Shown piece by piece: positions 1 to 12,700 of a DNA stretch of 64,000 nucleotides; the first letter of the stretch is position 1, and each line of letters begins with the position of its first letter. The notes beneath the pieces are model-generated. The model searched no databases, was not told the origin of the DNA, and worked only from the letters and a program-made list of their open reading frames with translations. Source of the DNA: Lama glama (taxonomy: Eukaryota). The position numbers and the translations under genes are program-made. The DNA lies in the NCBI GenBank assembly GCA_028534125.1, contig CM052816.1, forward strand, positions 15,316,001 through 15,380,000, in the 5' to 3' direction.

Positions 1-29
1 GAAGAAAATTGGAAGATGAGAAGGAAAAA

Positions 30-700
30 GAAAAGGAGAAGGGGAAAAGGATGAATTAAAATCTTCAGATAGAAAGTACTCAGTGTTTTCCACGAAAAAT
101 TATTACAGAATAACAAACACCAAGGCACATCCTGGTGAAATCACAGAGGTCTAAGGATAATAAAAGAATCTTATGATATTCCAGGCGGAAAAAAGAAAGT
201 CACTTACTTATAATGTGGAATATTCTACCAGGCTCTGGCCTGGTACCAGAAGGCAGCAGAACAGAGAGCTTAGAATTTTGAGGGGAAAAAAACAAGTGAT
301 TCAATAATTTTATGTTCGGCTACACTCATGTACAAATACAACACACAGTAGTCTCAAAAATGCAAGCAACTGTGAATTCCTTTTTTTAGCTGGGAAGAGG
401 AAATTCAAATCAAAATACCAGTATCAGTCACCAAAAAGGTGAGTCAAATTCAGGAAAACAGAAATTAAGAGGCTATATAATTTGAAAGACTAGTGAGGTA
501 GATACTGAATCTACCTAAATATATAGTTAAACAACTTCAAGAAATAGGGCCATAAAACAGAATGTAAATGTTACAAAATCATGACAGTGTAATAATAAAA
601 TAACTCATGAAAAGTCCTATGGTGGAAGACACATTAATCTCATCTTCAGAATGAAATCAGTAAATATGGTCTGATATTTAGTTTTTTTAAATCAGTTTCT
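30..700 (+). mobile_element. Ancient degraded L1/HAL1 ORF1-like fragment
   Basis: A-rich sequence with ACACCAAGGCACATCCTGGTGAAA...AAAAGAATCTT, resembling L1 ORF1 (TPRHILVK-like). Confidence 0.5.
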
Positions 701-3700
701 TTTTTAAACAAAATATTTCAAAAATTGCATTTGCAAATTGTCTGAATAGCCTTCCAGAAAGTAACTTAATACCTGTGTTTTACACAGTTCACCAAAGTTT
801 GGGGAGCAATTAGTGAGCAGCTCATAGGTCTATTTGGAACACAGAGGTTCTTTTTAGATAAAATGAAAAAGGAGACTCTGATCCGAGATTAGAAAATTAA
901 ATCATTTTTTTAGAAAAAGGAAGAAAGGAAGGAAAGAGTTAAAGAAGAAATCCAACTCATGTTAATGAGAATGTGGTGAATCAAAACACCTCAGTTGTTA
1001 ACAGAAGTGTAGTCTGGTTCAGCATTTTTGAACAATTTGGCAGCAGCTTTCAAAATTTTAGACTTGGACCCTCTGATAACCAGCAATTTCAATTCCAGGA
1101 ATTTATCCCTATAGATATATTCATAAAAATAGCAAATATATGTAAATATGTATAACAATATTTAATGTAACACCATTTGTAATATTTAAAACCTGTAATA
1201 ACCCAGATATTTATGAGTAAATAAATGGTTAATAAATTATATAGAACACTGGGTACCTGTGAAAAAGAATGAGAAATCTATAGGAATTGACAGAAAAATA
1301 TTACAGAGAAAAAAAGTTTCAGAACAGTATATGTGATAACAAATCCATTCACATAAAGACATATAGCCCACATGCATAGAATATATATATGCTTAGGTGT
1401 ATAGAAATGTCAAGGACATACAACATACTGCTTAAATTTTTTTTTAATCTTATGAAAGAAGATCTAGTCTACATTTCTATTTCATAAGATTTAATATACA
1501 TAACAAACTGGTCCTTTAAAATATGTTTATTTTAAGGGAAGTCCCCATCAAATCTCATCTCAAAGGAAATAAATTCCAGGAATAAAAAACAAAGGATGCT
1601 CATGTATCCATGTTCAAATCACCCAGTTTCCATTAGCTCAACTATTCTAGGAAAATGCCCACAAAAGCTCATTTGGCTGGGAGAAAAGCAACAAGGGTCA
1701 GAGAACTTACTTTATGGTTAGGGATGAAAATCAGTGCTAGACCAGTATGACATACTCATAGGATTCAGTTTACTCAGTACAAAAGTGCTTCAATTTTTAT
1801 TCTAAAGTTAAAAATAATAAACCTGTAAAACCTATGATCAAATCTACAGAGAAAATTAGTGTAGAAAAAATAAAAACTCTTTCAGTAAGGTATTACACAA
1901 AGAATCAAATATTGATTATATGTGTTTCTTTCAATATGTGACTTTTTGTCATACATACATAAAATGTCCCTTGAAGGATACTAAAAAAATGAGCAACACT
2001 GCCAATAGAGAGGGAAAATGGGTACCCATGGGACAGTTTTATATTCTGTGAATTTTGAACCATGTAATGGTATTGCCTATTTAAAAATAAGAAAAGTATT
2101 TTTATCAATCAATTATAAACTTTTGTTAAAAATTTAGCCAAGGGAAGGAAAATAACTGATTTGTAAAGAATCAATTATTACTCAATATGGCAAAGACCCC
2201 ATACTTAGCAACACTGTGTGACTGCCACACTTCTTAAGATTGGTTCTATTTTTTTCTCTGATTTATTTCATCTAAAGCAGACCTATTATGAGCATAAAGA
2301 AAGAAACCATGTCCTAGCTCGTCCTTGGAAACCTTTGTCTTCCGCCCCTATCTTCAAGGTAGCAAACATCTTACAGTAAAACAGTATTTCTAAATTCCTT
2401 GTGTCTCACTGAACACTGCCTATGTATACTTGAAAGCCAAAGCTGAAAAAACAATCCTAAACAAAGGAAATTTTGAAAAGTTTGAAGGCATGTAAGATGA
2501 GAAGAAAGGGATGTAACAAAGTTTATTCTGCCCCTTGAAATAAACTTTAACTGTAGGAAAAGAAGAAAAAAATTCACAACTGAACAGTCCCAAAGATAAC
2601 TGGAGAAACTATGTTCTTGAGGAAATAGTTTACTTAAAACAAAAATCCACATCAATGAAACTCTTCCTATTTATTTGACAATATTTAAGTAGATAAAATA
2701 CTGATAGTAAAAAGACAGGGTGGAAGAGATGATGATTTAGCATTATAATACTAGATGATTCTTAATCTTTATTGGGGTAGACTTACCAAATTATTGTATA
2801 TTTTAGGGGTTGGTAACTTTTATCTATTAAAATAATCTGTAAAATATTTCATAAAGCTAAATCTGCTAATTAACTGTAAACAACCCCCAAAATAATGTTT
2901 GGATAATTTAAGATACATTTGGTATACACAAAGATTTTAAGAGAGAGAATAATTTATACCTTAAAATTTCATTTTCTTCAAGGATTCCATAGTACTTTAC
3001 ACATTCTTGGGCTAAGCACTCAAGATCACCTAGTCCATCTAATACATTCAAACAGGTAGTTGGTTAACTTGTTCTTTACTAGCATAAAATTAGATTTCTT
3101 AAACCACATTGCTAAAGATCTTCTGGTCCAAATCCCTCATGAAAAAAGGAAAGGGGAAAGGTGAGGGAGAAAAACAAAAGAAGACTAGGGAATCTAAGTG
3201 ATTTGCCGAAGGATACCTAGCAGAGCCAAAGCAAGAAAATTTAAGTATACTACAGAATGCTAATGTGTTTTAATACAAATTTTCTTTCCTTACAATGCAT
3301 TCACATTGTATTATACCTATAATCACATCAAATACTAAAACAAATCTGAGACCAAAAACAAAAAATAGTATGCAGAGGAAGAAAACACATAAAGGGATAA
3401 TAATCTTTATTTCACTATAAAGTGATTCCCATTACAGGGGTAACAAGAGATGCAAATAGCAGGAAGATATGGATTAAGTGATTTGTTCAACGCTCTCAGC
3501 TTATTGAGTAATCTTGATACTTATAGAGCAGTAACACAATTCTGCATATTAAATAGGGAGAATTTTTCAAAAACCTCTTGGAATTAATGGACAACATTTT
3601 ATGTTATTTAATTTTTTTGATTTCTAAAAGGAACATTTTAAGTGGCTTATTTAGGAATATTAATCTAGTTCAAAGGTTTTAAATAATGGATTATTCAAAT

Positions 3701-6664
3701 CTATGCAATTATTACAGTTAGACAAGCTACATATCAATCCATAATCTTGTAGATATGACAGATATTCAGTGTTTTTGCTTTTACTGGAAATAGCCATAAA
3801 ACTTTGTTTTGTTTAAAATATTCTTAAAACAAGGGTAAATGAAGCTTCAAATAACTAAGTTTCAAAATTAGAACATGCACATATTTTGAAAATCTACTTG
3901 AAAATGCTCAAGCATGCCATCAGTACTGGCTGTGATTTTTTTTAAAAAGCAGTAAAAAAGAAAACACGTAGATTTCCTTTAAAACTAAGTTCTATAGTAC
4001 ACCTACTACACATGTAGAATGAAAAGCCCTAAAACCTCTCAATTTCATCTCAGGAAACAATACAAGAAATCCAAACAGCTGTGTGTTAAATATTTTTAAA
4101 ATCATAATTAATATCCTAGCTGATTTTAGTGCAAAATATTTTTTAAAACGGGAAACAACAGCTTTCAAACTCATTTTAAAAAAAATAATAAAACCTTCAA
4201 TTATGGCAAAAGTTAAGCTCTAAAAATCTAACAAAGCATAGGGATTGGCACAGGTGTCGGTACAGATTATGTTCCAAAGGTTGACTTCTACAATCTTATT
4301 TAAAACTGAAAGTAAAAATAGTTACTCCCAAAATGAAGGTTCTCAGCCAGCCCACCAAAACAAAATGAAACAAAACACCTCCACATTTTTAACTTAAAGA
4401 CCTACCAAACCTAGATATCAAGAACACATCTATGGGATGCCAGGAATGGAAAACATCTTCAAACCACTGGAAGAAATTACTATAGCTCCAAACAGATACT
4501 AGGAGGTGTCAGCAAAGAATGAAGGACAAGAAAGATGCCTTGTAAGGTCCACCTAGTAAGAATTATCAGCCATTTTTTCTTGGGACTCAGGAACTGATCT
4601 GCCTGCTTTACTCATTTCTTGTTTTTGATGAGGTCTTCTCTTTCTACCCTCTGGCTTATAGAAAAGCCTGAAATCACAAAGTTTATTTATAGGTTTTAAG
4701 TACTAAACTTACTATACTTTTCCATACTTCCCACACTTTCTATAAAGACCAAGAATTCCTTTTTCCCATCAGGAAAAGAACTAATAATAAAACTGAAATG
4801 TCTCTCCACAGACAGCAAAAGCATGAAATAGGCAATATATTTTTAAAAGTGAAAAATTAATATATAACTTAAAAGGAGAAAAACAGAAAAAGTTATATAC
4901 ATGAAGTTATTAAATCTAATAGTATTTCCAACAGTGAAAAATTAAAAGCAACTCAAGGTTTAGGGTTCATCAACTTGATGGAATATTACACAAGACTTAT
5001 AAATACAGAGAATATGTAGCAGTAGGGAAAAGATTATGACAGAATACATAGCCAGAAAATAGAAAATAACTGTATGATTATAATTACATGTAAATATGAA
5101 TGCAAAGACAGATCACAAAATAGAAAAACAATTACATTAGAATAGCAGTATTACATTTGTACTTAAGATATATATTAATCTGAGCTACTTTTTAATCTTA
5201 TATTTTGAATGTAAAACAGTATGGTAACTCTAAATCCTGTCTGTTCATTTAACAAAATTTGTTTAAGGATCTCTAATCACAGACAATTTACCTAATTCCA
5301 GAAGACTATAAAAATAAAACATTTAAAAATATTTCATAACAGATTTTTAATTCTGTCAAGATTGGTAATGTTTTCCTATACTTTAGAGTGCATTTAACAG
5401 ATAGTTCCTCCTTTTCTTATTTAATATTTTTAGAAGAACTCCTAATAAACAAGAAAGTGACTTTGCTATGGAAAAATGGAATAAGGAAAAGAGAATTCTG
5501 ATAAAAATTCAGAGGATAAGAGTATTAAACTTTGCTAATAGTAGCTAAGCTTTTATGCTGCACCCTATTTCTTTATTTCAAGTGATGAAATACTTCAATT
5601 CTTAATTTTATAGATGACCCAAAGCAAATCTAAAAACAAACTCAAATATAGAACAAAGGCAGATGATTAAGATCTACTTAACATATCTGTCATAATTTTC
5701 AAACAAAAAAAGTACACCTCCTAGAAATTCTAACTGATAGGGCAGATCCTGATTAATGAGAATGAATGCTAGTATTATCACAATATTTAGTATTAGTAGA
5801 AATGATTATAAATAAATAGAATTACTATATTATACATTAATTTTAGTTAATAATTATTTTCCAGTAATGTTCTCAGATATTTTTGGAGAAATATCTGTAA
5901 CTGGAAATGGTTTAAAAGGCAATACACAATTGCACAATTTTTTCTAAATAACTGAAATCAATGAACTTGATTCTCTGCAACATTTATAACTATTTACGTC
6001 TTCGTAGATTTTTGAGAAACATGTAAGGGAACTCTGGGAGGAATTCTAGAAAGCACTTTAAAGTACTCTCACAAAATAAAAATAAGTCAAAGCACACATT
6101 TCAGAAAGAAGCATGAAACTTAAAGTGGGATATTATCTACAATTTCCCATAGTTGTAGGGATTATTACACATATGAACCTGTCATCTAATTTGAAACTTT
6201 ACAAAGCCAAAATAGAAGACACTGAAAGAACAGATAAAGCATAGAATGCTGTAATAACGTTGTTAGGAACATGACAGTAGCTATATTTTAAATGTCTAAC
6301 TAATCAGAAAAACAAAAGAAATCACTCAGTGATTTGACAGGTTATTCTGTTCTATAAACATACCATTGAATCTATGATATGTCTAACAAAGGGCAGTTAC
6401 AAAGGTTCAGGAATGTCAAATGGGATTAGGGTGAGAGAAGGAAACAAACGAATGGTTTTACCTAGGAAAAGAAAGTATGTTCTTTTAAAAACTTTTCAAA
6501 TATACCTAATAAATACAACAACTAGAACAAATAGCCAAACTTTTTGAAGTTACTTTATACAAAGCAGGCAAACTATTAATTTTCTTTACTAGTATCTTTT
6601 AAGTGTTAAAAATAAATGAATATTAACATTCACACAAAAATACTTGAAATTAAAAATATCTTAC

Positions 6665-6774
6665 TAAATCAGCTCCTGCTTGAAGCAAAACATCTGCAAC
6701 ATCTGTATGTCCATTTTCACAAGCGTAGGTTAAGGCTGTGTCTCCTGTTGCTGTTGTAGCATGAACATTAGCAC
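6665..6774 (-). CDS. ANKHD1: ANKHD1 exon 10 (not in the ORF track)
   Basis: tgccag|GTGCTA...GATTTA|gtaaga; encodes [37 protein letters not shown]. Confidence 0.96.
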
Positions 6775-9700
6775 CTGGCAAACAAACAAACAAAAATCAT
6801 ACAATTATTTTGTGAATTTTCAAATTATATTAGATAGTCCCATTTTGCAATTTGGTGGAACTCATAAACTCTAAAAGTAAAAATAGAAGAATATAATTTA
6901 AGTATCTTAATTTTCCTTTAAATATATTTTGAAAAAAATGCTTTTAGCTACACAGAAAGGAACTATACCAAATATAAAAAATTCAATACATCCCCAGGAA
7001 GATATACCCTAAGAAATAAAATATAAAAGCTGCAAAACAAAAAATGTCAAAGTTTTCTGAAATCATACTGGTGGTAGTTTTGGTTTCTATTCTGAGACAG
7101 TTCTATGGATATTGTGGTAAAAATAAAATGAATAATTCTTTGATGAGAAGTGAAATTTTAGGCAAGGTTGAGAGAAAACCCAGATAAAAGACTGCTGAGG
7201 TGAAGTAAAACCCTATGGCTCTGAATTGGAAGTACTGACATGAATTCATGTTGAAAAGTAAGCATTTCCTAACCCTAACCAACTAAAATGGCCTAGAGAC
7301 AATAAAAGGCCAAGCAGAAATATCACCTCCAGCTTATATTGTGGTTTCTAAGTACCATTTCCCATTAAATGGAATTAACAGCTTTTTAAGAGAAACAATT
7401 GGTTCTAAGACTGGGACAGAATCTGTATAATACAGACCTGAAACTGAACCCAAATGTAAATTATGGACTTTGGTTGATAATACTGTGTCCATGTTGGTTC
7501 ATCGATTGCACCAAATATGCCACCCTGATGAGGGATGTTGAGGGTAGAAGAGTATACACATATGAGTGGGGAGGGCTATGTGTAAACTCTCTGTATTTTC
7601 TGCTCAATTCTGTTGTGAACCTGAACCTGCTCTAAAAAATAAAGCCTATTAATTAAAAAAAAAGAAAGAAAATAGGAAAAAAAAAAAAAAAAAGATAGGC
7701 CTGAAACGCCCTGCCATGTCACAAAGCAAGGAAACTATCAGAGAATATAATGAGGTCATACCAAAAGGAGTTAGGGGCTAAACTTATTGACCAAAGATAG
7801 TCAAACTGTCCCATCTTTTGGCAATTTTTACATCAAAAAGAATGAGGACTATGATGGAGTGAAAGCCATCATATATTTAAATCCAAAAGTTCAAAATGAT
7901 GTTCAAGTCAAAACCAAAAAAATACTTCATTGGCCACCATTAAATGATACTAAGGGACCACTTCATTGTTTGGGAGGGAAAAGTAAAGGGGGGAAAAAAT
8001 CAAACATTTAAACTATTTTCAAAAGATTTATATCTAAGAATAACCAAAAAGTTGATAAGGGGAAGTTTCTCTTTATAGACATATTCCCATTAATAAACAA
8101 GAAAGGAATAATAGAATTTAAAGTATCACCACTTTGCAACCTCTAATAAATTAATGGATCTAAGCAATAGTCATCAATGACTAATAACATCACAAAAACA
8201 GAGAAAATCAGACATTTTTATCTCCTGAAGAAAGTACACAAATACTACCCATGAAGTAGTCTTAAAACAAAACAGACATCATACCTGAATTCAATTAAGT
8301 CTCTAGAACTAAGTACTACTTTGTGGGAAATCCAAGGAACAGAAAAACAAAGTAAATGAAACAATGGAGATGCACTTAACAAAATCCATACGCTGGAAAG
8401 CTAAAGGATAAACATTCCATGCCTTCAACTAAAACTTGCAAGAGAAAAGAAAGATGGAAGAGGAGCCTACAGATTAAAGAGACTATACTGATCAATAGTT
8501 ACTAAATGAACCGTAGATCAACAAAGTCATTAAACACACACATACACATTTACAAGACTATCAGGAAAATATGAAAACTGCTTGGATATTTAACAATACT
8601 AAGGAATTATTATGTTAAAATATTATGTTAGTTGGGGAGGGTATAGCTCAAGTGGTAGAGTGCATGCATCTTGGGTTCGATCCCCAGTATCTCCTCTAAA
8701 AAAAAATAATAAATAAACCTAATTACCTCCTCCTCTCAAAAAAAAAAATTCAGGTTAGAAAACAATATTGTGATTCCTTTTTTAAGTCTTTCTTGGAGTG
8801 GTGGGTAATAGCTCGGTGGTAGAGTGCATGCTTAGTATGCACAAGATCCTGGATTCTATCCTAAGTTCCTCCATAAAAAAAAAAAAGTCTGTCTTTTAGA
8901 GATACATATTGAAATATTTATTGACAATTCATAAAAATAAATTTATTTCTTAAATAATTTGATTTAAATTAAAGAAACTGAAACAAATTTTAAACCGCTT
9001 TTATAAATATATATGGTAACAGATGTTAACTAGATTTATTCTAATTCACAATGTATACAAATATTAAATCATTATGTTGTATACCTAAAACTAATATAAT
9101 GTTATATGTCAATTATATCAATGAAATTTTTAATATTTAATTATTTTTAATAAAATAATTATAAAGAAATAAGTAGGGGACAAATGGGAATATAAATAAA
9201 ATGAGATTGGCCATGAATTAAAAATGACTAAAGCTGAGTGATGGGTTCTTAGGATTCATTATATTTTCTGTATATTTGAAAAACTACCACAACAAAAAGG
9301 TTTTTGAATGTTTTAAAAAACTGTGTAGCAAATGTATTAGAAGACCTATTGGACTCTTCTTTAGTACTAAACTATCAGAAGAACTTCATGTGAATAAATC
9401 ACATTGTAATCTGGAAAAATTTTTTTTTAGGTAGAAATCACATAAAAAAGTGCTTCTCAAGCCCCTGAGATAGTTCTGGAAAATACATACTTCAAATTAG
9501 CAAAGGTAGCTAAATATGAGAATCAATGGTAATGAAATAGAAAAAACAATGTCAGGAGTTCTAAGTTTGAATTTTAGCTCTGTCACTTATTAGTTTGGTT
9601 GCTTAGGGAAGTCATGTAACGTGATTGTAGATCAGTTTCCTTATCTGTAAGATGTGTATAATATTTCTTACTATACTAGTGGGACCAGAATGTCTGATAT

Positions 9701-12700
9701 TCAACAATTTCTTAGTAAACATTTATTTCTTACCAATACCATGACTACTTAGAGGGATGTGGGAAGAATGAAGAATGATAACTACTGGTAGAGAAAGACT
9801 CTTGAATGGGATACAGAGAGTTACAAAAAATAATGGAGAAATAATGACTCTGTGTCATCCTCACCTCCTCTTATTAACAGAGACTAGGAGGAACTAACTT
9901 CTCCCCTCCAGAAGCCACATATCATTCAATCTAAAGAGTATATATACATACACTAACTACAGCAAATAATAGTATTTGAATCAGGAAAGATGTCAGCTTG
10001 TACGGCTGGTTTGTGCATTGTTTCAAAATCTAAACAATCATTCAAATCACTAATGATCTAGATTGAGAAATTATTTCAACAATAATTCACAGAAAAATTG
10101 AGGCTGGGCTATACTCAAATTAATGTAACAGTGAAAGCCCAAAAAGGATGAATAAAGTTTTGCTAAATATTTTCTTTTCCTTTACATATTAATTTCTTGA
10201 AACATCAAGTTTTAAACAATTTATCAGATGTAGATAAAAAGAACATTTTTATATCATTTCTAAAGGATATATGAAGGTTTCTGCCTATCTGGATCAATTT
10301 TTTTTCTGGTGTATCCTTACTTTACTTTAAATAAAGCTACAAATATTCAGTGTAAAAATACTTATTTCTTATTGTTGCTTAACAATGTACAAAGCACAAA
10401 TTATTTTTAAACTAAGTACTTCTCCTCCCCACCCAAATTCCCACCCGCTCCTCCTTTCTTTCTTTGAGAAGAGAGAATTGTCAAGAAATGAACAGGCTTA
10501 AAGGTATCAAATTATAACCTCTAATGTCATCCTCACCTCATCTTATTAACAGAGGCTAGGAGGAACTAACTTCTCCCCTCTAGAAGCCACATATCATTCA
10601 ATCTAAAGAGAAGGTCAATGAGAAGCCTTATGCTCAATAAGTAAACATTAATAACAATATGAAATCTTTTTTAAAATGACATTTTTAGAGATTTAGAGGC
10701 CTAAGAAGAGCAGTCAAATTGTAGAGCTGTATTTCAACTTTCACAAAAATGAAAAAGTTAAGCTTAATTGCTAAAGTTATGAAAGCAATATAAAGGCCTT
10801 TTTCTAAGAGGCATTTTTAAATCCACATACCAGCAGCCAGTAAATATTTAACCAACTCCAGGTGTCCCTCCTGAGAAGCCTCCATCAGAGGTGTGGAGCA
10901 GCCAAGTTCAATATCAGCTCCCGCCTTAATCAGGAAGTCTGCAACTTCAGAAAATCCTCCACAGCAAGCCAAGGTCAGGGCAGTTTCTTGGGTTTCTTCT
11001 GTCTGGGCATTAATATTTGCTCCTGGGGAAAGCATAAAAATAGATAAAACTACCTAAAAAGACTTACGGTAAATATACTGTTTGAATTGTGATAATCATC
11101 TCTATCTTCTCTGCTTCTGGGGTTCCTCTCAAGGTGTTGGTAATTTATCATCAATGCAAAAAATGTCTTAGTTGTAGTAAACTTGAGGGTTACTGACACA
11201 AAACATCCAAAGGAAACTGATTTTTTTTATTAAAGAAGTAAAACTATTTTACCTTGTGCTAAGAGTAGTGCCACCATCTCTTCATGTCCTTCTCGAGCAG
11301 CTTCCATCAAGGGAGTGTATCCTTCATCATTAACTTCTTCAAGATTTGCCCCCCTTTCAATAAGTAGAGCTGCCAATTCAACGTGTCCTCCACAGGCAGC
11401 TAGCGTTAACGGAGACTCGAATGAATCTGCAGGCATATTCACTTGAGCACCACTATCCAAAAGCAAACGTGCTACTTCTACATGTCCATCCTACAGATTT
11501 TCAGAAGTAAAGCAAAAAGAAAGGAATTTTTGTTTTGTTTTCAGATTTTTTTTTTAAGTGAGAGAAGAAAAGCAAGTGTCAATGAAAGACAAGAGGAAAG
11601 AAAAGGAGATGCAGCTTAGATGCATAAATATTATCATGCCCATTCAAGCAATTTGAGATCTGTCTTACCAAAAGGCCATTAAAATTATTTTACTTTACTT
11701 TGAGCAAGCCCAAAATTTTCCAGTAGAATCAGACTTGTGACATACAGTTACAATTTCAAATAACTTTGAATTTCCAAATTCTCTGAAGTTCTAAAAACTA
11801 TTAAATCCATAGTCAACAGCACCTCAAAATAATTACTGTTTATTCTACTGCCAGGTCAAATATAGCCATAGCCTCAAACTTAGGTGTCATGTTTAAGTGT
11901 ATAAACTGTGTTAGATCTATTTAAGAAACAAAGACATGGCAAAAAATAACAACAAATTCGGTGAAGTCATTACCACTTGGGATTATGTCACCAAGCTAAA
12001 TCCCTATGGACTGACACTACCTTATATTTTTTTTATCACTAGCTTGTTGTAATGAGGCAAAGAATTTTACAGAGATGTAAAAATAAATCTTATTAAATAA
12101 ATAAATATCTTATTTACTTATAAATCATTTTAGCATGAGCCCATCTACATAGGTAGTAAGGCAATCAACAATAAAACATTCTCATGAAGGATATCCATTC
12201 TATCCTTCTATTACCATAAATAAACACCTTTAGTTTCAAATTTTATACTTCAAAATTTTATATAGGTCTTAACTCTTGTTGTGGCAAATAAAGACAGATG
12301 TTGTGTTCTTCCGTATTTCAAAAATAACCAAAGTATTGCTAATGAAAAGTAAAAACTGAGTACCAAAATAAAGTTTTATCTCTTTTTTTTCCTCACTGGC
12401 TGTTTGAAGATCAGCTGCCATCATGAACGACACAGTAACTATCCAAACCAGGAAGTTAATGACCAACTGACTACTTCAGGGGAAATAGTCATTAATGATC
12501 AGTCACACTTTCTTGCCTCTTAATATGTCTAGTAATTTTTTATTGTAAGCCATATGCTGTGGATGATCCCTCTTCAAGGCTCTGGATTATCCTGTCCTCC
12601 TTTTAAGACTGTGAAATTATGTTCTAGCAGGCAGTGACCAGTCAGTGAATCACACTCATGCTATTGAGGCTTAATTTTAGCATTACGTTCACTCTTTAGT

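Larger units (their letters stand above)
6950..9310 (+). mobile_element. Old L1 (L1MC-like) 3' region with nested younger insertions
   Basis: L1MC-type 3' UTR motifs; ends GGATTCATTATATTTTCTGTATATTTGAAA... Confidence 0.6.
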
